Assembly (NCBI GenBank): GCA_003649515.1
Contig: QMSC01000001.1
Span: 1 to 39,956, forward strand
DNA length: 39,956 nucleotides
Source of the DNA: Thermoprotei archaeon
GTDB lineage: Archaea > Thermoproteota > Thermoprotei > Thermofilales > B20-G17
Direction: 5' to 3'
Position 1 is the stretch's first letter. Every line of letters begins with the position of its first letter. A program made the translations under genes and the position numbers. The notes beneath the pieces were generated by a model. The model did no database searches. It was not told where the DNA came from and was given only the letters and a program-made list of their open reading frames with translations. Shown in pieces: positions 9,668 through 18,957 of the stretch.

Positions 9668-9904
9668 TTGATGAAGGTGGCCCCTATGCCTAGAAGGATG
9701 ACAAGCAGGATTCAGGATAGGAAGAGAGAAATTTATAACCTTCTGCTTGAGAAAGGTGAGTTACCCACATCCGAGATTGCAAGAATTACTGGTTTGACGC
9801 ACTCTCAGGCCTTTTACGCTTTAAGACTATTATCGAGGGATGGGAAAGTAGAGGAGATACGGAGAGGAAAGGTTGCTTACTGGAGGGCAATAAAGGAGGG
9901 ATAG
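9668..9904 (+). CDS. Small winged-helix (wHTH) DNA-binding protein
   Basis: 78 aa. EIYNLLLEKGELPTSEIARITGLTHSQAFYALRLLSRDGKVEE reads as helix-turn-helix plus wing. It occupies the slot where adk normally follows secY. Confidence 0.55.
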   Translation: MMKVAPMPRRMTSRIQDRKREIYNLLLEKGELPTSEIARITGLTHSQAFYALRLLSRDGKVEEIRRGKVAYWRAIKEG

Positions 9905-9988
9905 CATTGGGCGGAAGGCAAAGGACGTCAATATTCTTCGATGTAGAGGAGAAGAAGGAGACAAAAGAAAAGAGGGAGAAAGCCTCTC

Positions 9989-10894
9989 GTGAGAAGAAAG
10001 GGCAAAGGAAAAAGCGAAGGTGAGTATAAGTATCCCTTACGTGATAAACCTGCAGTTACCATAGCCATACCTACAGCGATAGTAGAAAACATTCCTCTAC
10101 TCGAGAAAACCATAAAACTAGCGTATGTAGCTCGCTTTGCTACAATATTTCGCGTTGAGGAGATTCACATATACCGTGATCCCTACGATAATTCTCCAGA
10201 GGAGAACTTTCGCTTAATAGAGATAATCTTAAGGTATGCTGCGACCCCACCTTATTTAAAAAGGAAACTGTTTAAGAGAAAACGTGCGCTTAGATATGCA
10301 GGCATTTTACCTCCCTTAAAAACTCCTGATCACCAGCCCAAAATTGACCTTGAAAAGATCACCAGGCTAGATGCTTATAGAAAAGGTCTTGTAGTCGGCT
10401 TTAGGAAAGGAGGAGTGCTCGTAGACATAGGACTCGATAAGCCCATAATCGCTGCAGGAAGAGCGCCTCCTGGCGCCCAAGTGAGCGTTCACATTGTTAA
10501 GAGGGGAAAAGCCCTTCGAGCAAGAATAGTATCCGAGGAAAAAGTACCGCTATACTGGGGCTTTCGTACAATAGGTCTTCTGTCTTTGCGTGAACTTCTA
10601 AATAGATTCAGCAATAAGGGGACTCTTACAATAGCTACATCAAAGCATGGACAAAATATTATTGAGGTATTACCCAAACTTCAGAGCGCTATAAAGAAGA
10701 ACAAAAAAATTCTAGTGCTCTTCGGTTCACCTGAACACGGGCTATATCAGATCTTTGAAAAGGAAAACCTAAGCTTAGAGGATTCTGTTAACTGGGTTGT
10801 GAACTTCGTACCCCATCAGGGAACTGAAACCATACGCACGGAAGAAGCTATAGGGATATGTCTCGCAATAATAAACGTTCTTAAGTGCTCGTAA
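9989..10894 (+). CDS. SPOUT-superfamily putative RNA methyltransferase (DUF171/COG2106-like)
   Basis: N-terminal VTIAIPTAIVEN and C-terminal LVLFGSPEHGL ... VVNFVPHQGTETIRTEEAI resemble the knotted SPOUT family that often precedes rpl3 in archaea. GTG start; the basic N-terminus is uncertain. Confidence 0.55.
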   Translation: MRRKGKGKSEGEYKYPLRDKPAVTIAIPTAIVENIPLLEKTIKLAYVARFATIFRVEEIHIYRDPYDNSPEENFRLIEIILRYAATPPYLKRKLFKRKRALRYAGILPPLKTPDHQPKIDLEKITRLDAYRKGLVVGFRKGGVLVDIGLDKPIIAAGRAPPGAQVSVHIVKRGKALRARIVSEEKVPLYWGFRTIGLLSLRELLNRFSNKGTLTIATSKHGQNIIEVLPKLQSAIKKNKKILVLFGSPEHGLYQIFEKENLSLEDSVNWVVNFVPHQGTETIRTEEAIGICLAIINVLKCS

Positions 10895-10959
10895 CCTTTT
10901 GACGAAAACCTTAAATAACATAGCATGGATGGTGAAGAAGGACTGGAGGACGCGCCGGA

Positions 10960-12105
10960 ATGGTTGGCGGTACACGGCCTCGCAGAGGCTCAATGGGATT
11001 TTACCCCAGGAAGAGAGCAAAAAGCATAGTTGCGCGTATAAGAAGATGGAGAAGAATAGATGACCCAAAACCTCTCGGCTTCGCAGGATATAAGGTTGGC
11101 ATGCTCCACCTGGTGATGCTTGAGGATAATCCCAATAGTCCGTATTACCAAAAGGAGATGGCAAAGGCAGCTACCATTATCGAAGTACCTCCATTAGTCG
11201 TATGCGGTATAAGAGCTTACAAGAAAACACCGTATGGACTCAAAACCATAGGGGAGATATGGGCTAAAGAAGTACTATTTTCCAGTGTGAGAAAGAAGAT
11301 AGAAGATGCCCTGAAGAAGGCTAGGAGCAAAGAGGAAAAGAGGAAAGTGCTAGCAAAGTTAGATTATAAAATAGTCTTTAAAGACCTAGAAAGAGTATTT
11401 ACTCTGCCGAAATTGGATACTAAATCCGAATCCGAGAAAGTGGACATAGAGAAGCTATACAGCAACCTCATAGAGAAGTTTAGACAGAAAGCTTCAACTG
11501 CCAATGAAATAAGGTTAATTGTCGCTACCCAACCTCGAAAGGCCGGAATTCACAAGAAGAAGCCAGAAGTATTTGAAATACCTGTTGGGGGAAGCACACA
11601 GGAAGCATTGGAATACTCGCTAAATAAGCTGGGCAAGGAGATTGACGTAAAAGAGGTATTTGAAGAAGGAAAGTACGTAGACGTAGTCTCCATAACTAAA
11701 GGGAAGGGATTTGCTGGCGTAGTAAAACGCTTTGGTGTAAAAATACTGCCGAGATGGCACAAGCACCGTAAGGGTCATAGAAGAATAGGCTCTGTAGGCC
11801 CTACAGGTCCAGCAATAATGTTCACAACTCCTAGACCTGGGCAGTTGGGCTTCCAGCAAAGAACAGAATATAACAAGCGCATACTTAAAATAGGGACCGC
11901 CCCTGAAGACATTAATCCTTTAAGCGGCTTCAAACACTACGGTATCATAAGGAGCACTTTCATGATAATTGAAGGGAGCATTCCGGGACCATCTAAGAGG
12001 CTCGTTAGATTACGTTTCCCTATTCGTCCTATTACCGGAATGCCTGAAAATCCTCCGAAAATCTTGTACATGAGCACTCAACCCGTCAGCGTTCCAGCGA
12101 GGTGA
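10960..12105 (+). CDS. rpl3: 50S ribosomal protein uL3 (L3P)
   Basis: RRGSMGFYPRKRA, GFAGYKVGM, KGKGFAGVVKRFGV, RTEYNKRI motifs. Confidence 0.95.
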   Translation: MVGGTRPRRGSMGFYPRKRAKSIVARIRRWRRIDDPKPLGFAGYKVGMLHLVMLEDNPNSPYYQKEMAKAATIIEVPPLVVCGIRAYKKTPYGLKTIGEIWAKEVLFSSVRKKIEDALKKARSKEEKRKVLAKLDYKIVFKDLERVFTLPKLDTKSESEKVDIEKLYSNLIEKFRQKASTANEIRLIVATQPRKAGIHKKKPEVFEIPVGGSTQEALEYSLNKLGKEIDVKEVFEEGKYVDVVSITKGKGFAGVVKRFGVKILPRWHKHRKGHRRIGSVGPTGPAIMFTTPRPGQLGFQQRTEYNKRILKIGTAPEDINPLSGFKHYGIIRSTFMIIEGSIPGPSKRLVRLRFPIRPITGMPENPPKILYMSTQPVSVPAR

Positions 12106-12110
12106 TGTAA

Positions 12111-12923
12111 ATGGAAATCACAACTGCACCTTTCTTAAAACTAGAGGGAAAAGTCCCTGAGCGGATACCTGTTTACAGTCTGGAGGGAAAGAAGCTGAAG
12201 GAGATAGAAACTCCAAAGGTCTTCTATACTCCTGTAAGGAAAGACCTGATACTTAAAGTGTTCCTAGCCTTACGAACAAGTAGATTACAACCTAAGGGCG
12301 TTGATCCTCTAGCCGGGAAACGCACAACCGCAGAAAGTTGGGGCGTAGGCTATGGTGTTGCAAGAGTTCCGAGAATAAAGGGCTCCACACGCGCAGCCTT
12401 TGTACCGCAGGCAGTAGGTGGAAGAAGATTCGGAGCTCCTACAACGCTCAAGAGAATAAGAGAAAGGATCAACCGGGTTGAAAAGCGACTAGCTCTCGCT
12501 TCAGCTATAGCTGCAACTGCTATAAAGGAAATTGTAAGGACTAGAGGGCATAGAATTCCGGAAAAAATAGACCTTCCTATAGTTTTAGAGGATAGACTAG
12601 AGGAGATAGATAAGACCAAGAAGCTCAGAGAAGTACTTAAAAAGCTCACGCTCTGGAGTGATATTGAAAGAGCAAGGAAAGGAGTAAAAATTAGGGCTGG
12701 TAAAGGGAAGATGAGAGGAAGGCGTTATAAGGTTCCTAAGAGCATACTGCTGGTCGTTACAGATACAGAAAATATCAGAAAAGCTGCACGTAACTTGGTG
12801 GGCGTTGACGTGGTTAACGTACATAAGCTCAACGTGGAGCTTCTCGCCCCTGGAGGACATCCCGGAAGACTCACTGTATGGACCGAATCTGCAGTAAAGA
12901 CCCTTGCTGAAAAATTTGGGTGA
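12111..12923 (+). CDS. rpl4: 50S ribosomal protein uL4 (L4P/L1e)
   Basis: SWGVGYGVARVPRIKG ... GGRRFGAP ... RAGKGKMRGRRYK motifs. Synteny supports the call. Confidence 0.93.
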   Translation: MEITTAPFLKLEGKVPERIPVYSLEGKKLKEIETPKVFYTPVRKDLILKVFLALRTSRLQPKGVDPLAGKRTTAESWGVGYGVARVPRIKGSTRAAFVPQAVGGRRFGAPTTLKRIRERINRVEKRLALASAIAATAIKEIVRTRGHRIPEKIDLPIVLEDRLEEIDKTKKLREVLKKLTLWSDIERARKGVKIRAGKGKMRGRRYKVPKSILLVVTDTENIRKAARNLVGVDVVNVHKLNVELLAPGGHPGRLTVWTESAVKTLAEKFG

Positions 12924-12929
12924 TCTCAT

Positions 12930-13190
12930 ATGGATCCCTTCAAGGTAATAATTAGACCAGTAGTAACAGAAAAAGCAATAGCCAAGATAGAAAAGGACAA
13001 TACTCTAACTTTAATAGTAGATAGAAAAGCCACAAAACACCAGATCAAAAGAGCCGTAGAGGAAATCTTTGGAGTAAAAGTAGAGAAGATAAATACTCTC
13101 ATATCTCCTAAGGGTTATAAAAAAGCCTATGTAAAACTTAAGCCCGAGTACAAGGCATCAGACATCGCCTCTAGGCTAGGCATACTTTAA
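12930..13190 (+). CDS. rpl23: 50S ribosomal protein uL23 (L23P)
   Basis: [10 protein letters not shown] ... [23 protein letters not shown] motifs. Synteny supports the call. Confidence 0.93.
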   Translation: MDPFKVIIRPVVTEKAIAKIEKDNTLTLIVDRKATKHQIKRAVEEIFGVKVEKINTLISPKGYKKAYVKLKPEYKASDIASRLGIL

Positions 13191-13420
13191 TCTCTCTTTC
13201 GATGTTTTGACAAAAGGCTTGACCTTTTAAGAGTTATCGTTTCCAGTTTAGAGTTAGATCACAATCCTGATCTCGCTAGCTCAAGAAGACTAATGAGATC
13301 TCTTAGTAACAGGGGGATAGAGGAATCTTAAACGTGAGTCAAGCTCTTAAAAGCCTTAGTGATTTGCTCCACGGCAAGAAAAAAGACACGTTCGAAACAT
13401 GAAGTTACGAGATAGAAGAA

Positions 13421-13440
13421 CGGTAAACTTTATTAACTAA
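13421..13440 (+). promoter_or_regulatory. TATA-like box (AAACTTTATTAAC) about 30 nt upstream of the uL2 start
   Basis: AT-rich box inside the atypical 277-bp uL23-uL2 spacer. GGAG lies at 13452-13455, before the ATG at 13468. Confidence 0.35.
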
Positions 13441-13467
13441 CCCTATGCAAAGGAGTTTGGGATTGCA

Positions 13468-14202
13468 ATGGGTAAGAGATTAATAGTTCAGCGTCGAGGA
13501 CGAGGAGGCTCAGTCTTCAGACATCCAGGATGGAAAAAGGTAGGGGCTATTAGGTATAGACCTTATAATGAAGAAGAGTTCCGCGAAAAAGTTCTGCGTG
13601 GCAGAGTTGTCGACCTACTTCACGATCCTGGAAGAGGAGTTCCAGTAGCGAGAATAATCTTCGAGGATGGAACAGAAATGTTCAATGTGGCGTCCGAAGG
13701 GCTCGCTTTAGGCACTATAGTATACTACGGTAGAAAGGCACCACAGAACTTGGGTAGCATATTACCAGTGGGTAGAATATCTGAAGGATCCTACATATGC
13801 AACGTTGAACTCAAACCTGGAGATGGAGGGAAAATCGCTCGCGCTAGCGGAACCTATGCTATAGTATTAGCCCATTCCGCTAATACCACAACAATACAGT
13901 TACCATCTGGAAAAGTTAAGGAAATAGACTCTAGATGCAGGGCTACGATCGGCATAGTGGCTGGTGGAGGACGAATAGAAAAACCCTTCCTGAAGGCAGG
14001 AAAAGTTTATCATCTTTCCAAATCAAAGGCCTGGAAGTATCCTACAGTGAGAGGGAAAGCCATGAACGCGTACGCTCACCCACATGGCGGCGGAAGCCAT
14101 AAAAGCAGGCGTAGAGGATCCACTCCTAAGCCAAGAACCGCTCCTCCAGGGCAGAAAGTGGGACACTTCGCCTCAAAACGTACTGGTCGAAGGAAAGGTT
14201 AG
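13468..14202 (+). CDS. rpl2: 50S ribosomal protein uL2 (L2P)
   Basis: LIVQRRGRGGSVFR ... GTYAIVLAH ... MNAYAHPHGGG motifs. Confidence 0.95.
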   Translation: MGKRLIVQRRGRGGSVFRHPGWKKVGAIRYRPYNEEEFREKVLRGRVVDLLHDPGRGVPVARIIFEDGTEMFNVASEGLALGTIVYYGRKAPQNLGSILPVGRISEGSYICNVELKPGDGGKIARASGTYAIVLAHSANTTTIQLPSGKVKEIDSRCRATIGIVAGGGRIEKPFLKAGKVYHLSKSKAWKYPTVRGKAMNAYAHPHGGGSHKSRRRGSTPKPRTAPPGQKVGHFASKRTGRRKG

Positions 14203-14245
14203 TTTTCAAAAAATTAAAATAATTGCGGAATAATGTTATGGAGGG

Positions 14246-14665
14246 ATGCTTGTGAGTAGCAGGGAGTTTAAGTATAGGGGATATACGCTTCAAGAACTAC
14301 TTAACATGCCAATAGACGAGGTCATAAAGTTGTTACCGTCAAGACAGAGAAGAAGCCTGCTTAGAGGATTAACGCCAGAGCAAAAGAAGCTACTAGAGAA
14401 AGTTAGAAAAGCTAAGAAAATGCTCGAAACCACCGGAAAGGTAAAAATGACTATAAGAACCTACTGTAGAGACATGATTATACTGCCAGAAATGGTCGGA
14501 CTCGTGATCCACGTTTACAATGGAAAGGAATTTGTTCCTGTAAAAATTGTACCTGAAATGATAGGGCACTATTTAGGCGAATTTGCACTGACCACGGCGA
14601 TTGTAAAACATGGAGCTCCTGGTCTTAAAGCCACCCGAAGCTCCATGTACGTACCACTAAAGTAG
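14246..14665 (+). CDS. rps19: 30S ribosomal protein uS19 (S19P)
   Basis: [45 protein letters not shown] motif. Follows uL2. Confidence 0.93.
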   Translation: MLVSSREFKYRGYTLQELLNMPIDEVIKLLPSRQRRSLLRGLTPEQKKLLEKVRKAKKMLETTGKVKMTIRTYCRDMIILPEMVGLVIHVYNGKEFVPVKIVPEMIGHYLGEFALTTAIVKHGAPGLKATRSSMYVPLK

Positions 14666-14677
14666 AGGTGTTAGGGC

Positions 14678-15070
14678 GTGGGCGTCTATCAGGGAAATGA
14701 TTTAAGAAAGCCGAGTGGAGGACTGAAAGGTAGACATAGAAAAGTTAAGCGTAAATATGAGCTCGGACGCTACCCCACAGAAACGCTACTTGAAGGAAAG
14801 GAGCAAAGAAACACTATAAGAGTACGAGGAGGAAATGTGAAAGTACGTCTTGTTCGCGCTGTCTACGCTAACGTCAACATACCATCCACAGGAGAGACGA
14901 AAAAAGTTCGAATAATTAAAGTACTAAAGAACCCTGCAAACCGGGATTATGATAGACGAGGGATTATAACTCGCGGAACACTTCTCCAAACAGAAATTGG
15001 AATTGTACGTGTTGTATCTAGACCGGGCCAGGACGGGGTCATTAACGCCATTTTAGAGGAAGAACGCTAA
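14678..15070 (+). CDS. rps8e: 30S ribosomal protein eS8 (S8e)
   Basis: GNDLRKPSGGLKGRHRKVKRKYELGR ... IRVRGGNVKVRL motifs. GTG start 12 nt after the uS19 stop. Confidence 0.88.
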   Translation: MGVYQGNDLRKPSGGLKGRHRKVKRKYELGRYPTETLLEGKEQRNTIRVRGGNVKVRLVRAVYANVNIPSTGETKKVRIIKVLKNPANRDYDRRGIITRGTLLQTEIGIVRVVSRPGQDGVINAILEEER

Positions 15071-15085
15071 AATAGGATTCTGATC

Positions 15086-15388
15086 ATGCGCAATAGGGAC
15101 TACTATATTCTATGGCCTGTATATTTTGACAAAAATAGAAGTAGAAGGGAGGGAAGAAGAGTCCCTCTAAACTTAGCAGTGGAAAATCCTAGTGTTGACG
15201 AGATCTCCTTTGCCGTTAAGAAAATGGGTTTAGAGCCCGTTGTTGAAAGAGATAAAGCTCATCCGACTACATGGTTTGAACTAAAGGGAAGAGTACTCGT
15301 AAGGAAAGACTCATACAAGTTTAACAAAAATCACCTAGTTAGGAATGTGGGCAAAATTCTTTGCGAAATGAGACGTAGGAGGAAATAA
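15086..15388 (+). CDS. srp19: Signal recognition particle protein SRP19
   Basis: YILWPVYFDKNRSRREGRRVP is the SRP19 signature N-terminus. eS8-SRP19 adjacency is common in archaea. Confidence 0.88.
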   Translation: MRNRDYYILWPVYFDKNRSRREGRRVPLNLAVENPSVDEISFAVKKMGLEPVVERDKAHPTTWFELKGRVLVRKDSYKFNKNHLVRNVGKILCEMRRRRK

Positions 15389-15398
15389 TTCTAGCAAA

Positions 15399-17336
15399 TT
15401 AATCATCATACCTTGAAAGAAATACCCTGAGCCTCTCCCTGATAACCTGGTTGACTAAGCTTCCATCAGCTCTTCCTGATACCCTTCTCATAACCTCCCC
15501 CATTAACATTCCCAATGCTCGTTCACGAAGCTTCATTATGGCCTCTTTCTTCTCTTCAAATACCTCTGTCACTATTTTCTCTAATTCATCTCTTTCAAGA
15601 GCTTTAAGGTTTAGCTCTTCTACGGCTTCCAGAACAGTTTTCGAAGGATTCCTAGCAAGGTATTCGATGATTTTAGGAATTGCTTCCTTTACTATCTCCC
15701 CCTCATTTAATAAAGAAAACAGGCTATCAAATACTTCGTCTTCCAGCTCATCTACTGGCACACCCTCTCTCCTCAAACTTTTCAAAGTATTTTCGAAAGT
15801 CGCTGCTATCACCCTAGGAGGCACATTGGGGTACTTCTCTACAAGCCTTTCGAATGAATCCAAGTAATACGAGGATATCATTTGCTCGGCAAGGTTTTTA
15901 CTCAATCCATAGTCCTTAACAAACTTCTGAAGTTTAACATCTAGGGGTTCCGGTAATTGCCTTTTAATCTCGTTTAGAAACTCCTCCGTTATTCGCCTAG
16001 GCCTTATATCGGTCTCCGGGTACATCCTCGCTGCTCCAGGTCGGGGTCTTGAATAGTGCGTCGTTCCATCAGGATTGGGTCCACGCGTTTCTTCAGGAAC
16101 ACCTTCAAGTGCCTCAATACATCTATCAATAACGGCGTTAAGAGCCTCGATCACCTTGCTACGCTCATCAGCTATGAGTACGAAAGCGTCTTTCTCTCCA
16201 AGATTTAGCCTCTCAGACACTTTCCTTACCTCCTCCTCACTTATTCCATAGGCTGGAAGCTCATCGCTATGGAAGATGCCTCCTACACCACCCCAAAAGC
16301 GGGCCCTATCAGCTAGCTCAGTTGCAAACCTCCTTCCAGGCTGTATTTCATATCCCAGTATCCCCTTAAATCTAGACAACTTCACGGCCAGCACACATCC
16401 TCCCTTCTTGAGCGCCCTTCTAATCACGCGGCACTTAGTTCCCTCAAAGATGTCCGTAACGTCTACAAAGTCTCTTTTAAGATGCTCCTTAACAACTCCT
16501 CTTTCCCTTAACATATCACGAATATTAAGTAGATTGTATTGACGTAGAACCTCGTACTCCACAACTTTTCTAATCAGACCTAGTTTTTGAACACCCTTGA
16601 TCTCTATTTTTGCTCCGCCCTTTATTGATATATTAATATCCTGTCGGATAGTGCCTATTCCTCGTTTAACCTTTTTAGTCAGCCTTAACAACTGTCCTAT
16701 CTTTAAGGCTACTTTCTCAGCCTCTTCAGGAGATGAAATCACAGGCGCTGTTGCTATTTCGATAAGCGGTACGCCTAATCTATCCAATCTATACGTAACT
16801 TTAGTAGCGTCTTCAGATACTTTTCGAGCAGCGTCTTCTTCAAGACATATCGTTTGAATAGGAATCTTCTTACCGTCCACTTCCATGGATCCTCCTAATG
16901 CCACGAGGGCTGTTCTCTGGAAACCCGTAGTGTTAGACCCATCAATCACAGTCTTCCTCATAACATATACTTCATCTACGGGCTGGGAATTTAGCATAAG
17001 TGCCACTGTTAGGACTATTCTTAACGCCTCATAATTTAGGTCGTGAGGCGGCTCCTCGTCCATTTCGACTAGACATGACGCGTTATCAAAGTGATGGTAT
17101 TCGTAAACCCTTCCACGTTTAAACTCAAATAATGCAGCGGGGTCCACTTCCCCTAGTTCACTCGTTGTAGGCCTAAGCCTCCTTTTAAAGAGATAATCAG
17201 CATCGGCATCAGCTGGCATGAGATTCGGCGGACAGTTGCAGAAGAGTTTTTCACGAGTATCAAGCATTTGGTGAAATTCTAGACCTACTCTCAGTCCCAG
17301 GCTTTTATAATTTAACTTCACTTTCACGATCCTCAC
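15399..17336 (-). CDS. gatE: Glutamyl-tRNA(Gln) amidotransferase subunit E (GatE)
   Basis: 645 aa. GLRVGLEFHQMLDTREKLFCNCP N-terminus, a GatB/E-type core and a C-terminal YqeY-like tail. Confidence 0.92.
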   Translation of the reverse strand: MRIVKVKLNYKSLGLRVGLEFHQMLDTREKLFCNCPPNLMPADADADYLFKRRLRPTTSELGEVDPAALFEFKRGRVYEYHHFDNASCLVEMDEEPPHDLNYEALRIVLTVALMLNSQPVDEVYVMRKTVIDGSNTTGFQRTALVALGGSMEVDGKKIPIQTICLEEDAARKVSEDATKVTYRLDRLGVPLIEIATAPVISSPEEAEKVALKIGQLLRLTKKVKRGIGTIRQDINISIKGGAKIEIKGVQKLGLIRKVVEYEVLRQYNLLNIRDMLRERGVVKEHLKRDFVDVTDIFEGTKCRVIRRALKKGGCVLAVKLSRFKGILGYEIQPGRRFATELADRARFWGGVGGIFHSDELPAYGISEEEVRKVSERLNLGEKDAFVLIADERSKVIEALNAVIDRCIEALEGVPEETRGPNPDGTTHYSRPRPGAARMYPETDIRPRRITEEFLNEIKRQLPEPLDVKLQKFVKDYGLSKNLAEQMISSYYLDSFERLVEKYPNVPPRVIAATFENTLKSLRREGVPVDELEDEVFDSLFSLLNEGEIVKEAIPKIIEYLARNPSKTVLEAVEELNLKALERDELEKIVTEVFEEKKEAIMKLRERALGMLMGEVMRRVSGRADGSLVNQVIRERLRVFLSRYDD

Positions 17337-18304
17337 CGATATCTCAATTCCCTGTATATCTCTATGGCCCTAGTTAAGTTAATTGTTTCCCTCCGGCTTG
17401 CGAGAATGATCGTGTCCTCCATTTGAGATACCATGCCAGCAGAACGTTCCACGAGAACAGGATAACCTGTGATAGCTTTATAATTAGCAAGCTTGGCTAT
17501 CACCTCATCCACTTGGCTGCGTCCTATCAATCTTGCCAACCATCTCTTGGCGAAGGGAAGGGATCTGAAGCTGCTCCATACCTTTTTTATGATTTCATTC
17601 GCCTTCTTATCCCTCTTAACCCTCTTAAGACTGGATAAGCGGAATATGGTGACAACATTCCCCTCCACGACCTCACCTACTCCATTTGTGGCGAAAGGCT
17701 CTATCGCGTAAACTTCTCCTGTTCTCGAAACTACGTTAGGGTAGCCTATTCCAGTGTTGGGTACGCTCTTACCTGCGTGTAAATTGTATCTATCAATGAG
17801 ATGCCCACTCAGGTTTCTTATCGGGTTAAAGCCCATTTTGGTAATCTCCCTTTCTATAACTACGCCTATTTCCTGCAGAGGCTTGAAGGGTTTCATAGCC
17901 CTAATAGCTGCTACCAGTGCGTTATAAGCAGCGTCTACAAGCTCTAGGTAGTCGACTCCCAAAGGTATTGAAAGCGCTGCATCTGCTATGAATCCATCAA
18001 CATGTACGCCTATATCAACCTTAACAATACCTTTTCTGGGTACTGTTAGCTCATCCTCTATATCGGCCGTATAGTGGGCGGCAACTTGGTTGATGGAAAT
18101 ATTTACAGGGAAGGCAGGTCTTGCACCGCTATTTATAATGAACCCCTCCAGTTTCTCGCATATCTCAAGTACAGGTTTATCTTCTTCAACGAGATTAAGA
18201 GCGAGCTTTAAAGCCTTATAAACGACCTTACCAGCCCTCCTGTAGCAGTCAAGCACCATGTCAGTCAACTCCGCAATTGATAGCTCCCAAGTTTCGATAT
18301 CCAA
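17333..18304 (-). CDS. map: Methionine aminopeptidase, type 2 (peptidase M24A)
   Basis: PAFPVNISINQVAAHYT, VKVDIGVHVDGFIADAA, NLSGHLIDRYNLHAGKSVPN and YAIEPFATNG match the MetAP2 metal-ligand blocks. Its stop overlaps the gatE start by 4 nt. Confidence 0.8.
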   Translation of the reverse strand: MDIETWELSIAELTDMVLDCYRRAGKVVYKALKLALNLVEEDKPVLEICEKLEGFIINSGARPAFPVNISINQVAAHYTADIEDELTVPRKGIVKVDIGVHVDGFIADAALSIPLGVDYLELVDAAYNALVAAIRAMKPFKPLQEIGVVIEREITKMGFNPIRNLSGHLIDRYNLHAGKSVPNTGIGYPNVVSRTGEVYAIEPFATNGVGEVVEGNVVTIFRLSSLKRVKRDKKANEIIKKVWSSFRSLPFAKRWLARLIGRSQVDEVIAKLANYKAITGYPVLVERSAGMVSQMEDTIILASRRETINLTRAIEIYRELRYR

Positions 18305-18358
18305 TTACAGACCCATCTATTTTAAAATAGCTATAGGCTTTTAGTATAGGGGAATATA

Positions 18359-18949
18359 TTGAACATCTCCCAGATAGTTAGGAAGTTGGCAGAATTTCTC
18401 GATAGAAAGGACTCTACACGAGAAATTCTTGTACAGAATGCAAGGGATATCATAAGGCATTCTAAAGATGCCTTGAAGCACATGTATTTAGGCAATATGT
18501 CAGAATCTCGCGCAGTACTCGAGAAAATGAGGAAATTATGTGCAGAGCTAAAAAGCCTAGTAAAGGAATATCCCGACTTGCTTTATGGAGGACTGATGGT
18601 AAACGCGCTAACGGAGTACATCGAAGCCGAGATAGTTTATTCAATACTTACACGTGGGATTGATATACCGGCTCCGGAAGACCTGGACGTGGACCCTGTA
18701 CCCTATGTACTAGGACTAGCCGACGCCCTTAGTGAACTCCGAAGGTTCATACTTGAATACCTTCGTAGAGGGGATGTTGAAAGCGCGGAAAAGTTGCTGA
18801 ACTGTATGGAGGAAATATTTCTTGAAATAAGTACTCTGCAATACCCCGAGGGACTTTTACCAGGCTTCAGAAGAAAATGCGATATCATTAGACGCCTCAT
18901 AGACGAGACTAAGAGCGATATTATATTTGTGAAAACTAGAAGAAAGTAG
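18359..18949 (+). CDS. Translin-family protein (archaeal COG2178-like)
   Basis: All-helical 196 aa. LTEYIEAEIVYSIL ... YVLGLADALSELRRFILEYLRRGDVESAEKLL resembles the translin/TRAX helical core. TTG start. Confidence 0.6.
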   Translation: MNISQIVRKLAEFLDRKDSTREILVQNARDIIRHSKDALKHMYLGNMSESRAVLEKMRKLCAELKSLVKEYPDLLYGGLMVNALTEYIEAEIVYSILTRGIDIPAPEDLDVDPVPYVLGLADALSELRRFILEYLRRGDVESAEKLLNCMEEIFLEISTLQYPEGLLPGFRRKCDIIRRLIDETKSDIIFVKTRRK

Positions 18950-18957
18950 GGGAGCCG

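Noticed and set aside
9945-10025. About 80 nt of purine-rich tract (GAGGAGAAGAAGGAGACAAAAGAAAAGAGGGAGAAAG...) upstream of and into the SPOUT gene, in the same frame as the wHTH gene
   Set aside because: Two in-frame stops (9902-9904 and 9944-9946) separate the wHTH gene from the SPOUT gene, so this is not a fusion or readthrough candidate. The tract simply encodes or precedes a Lys/Arg/Glu-rich N-terminus.
10960-12105. uL3 is long (381 aa) with a charged insertion (about residues 105-185), which might look like a novel insert
   Set aside because: Crenarchaeal uL3 proteins normally carry an insertion at this position. A length difference of about 30 aa is not remarkable without an alignment.
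17333-17336. map-gatE 4-nt overlap with no gatD nearby
   Set aside because: gatD and gatE are frequently unlinked in archaea. The overlap only indicates co-transcription of two housekeeping genes.
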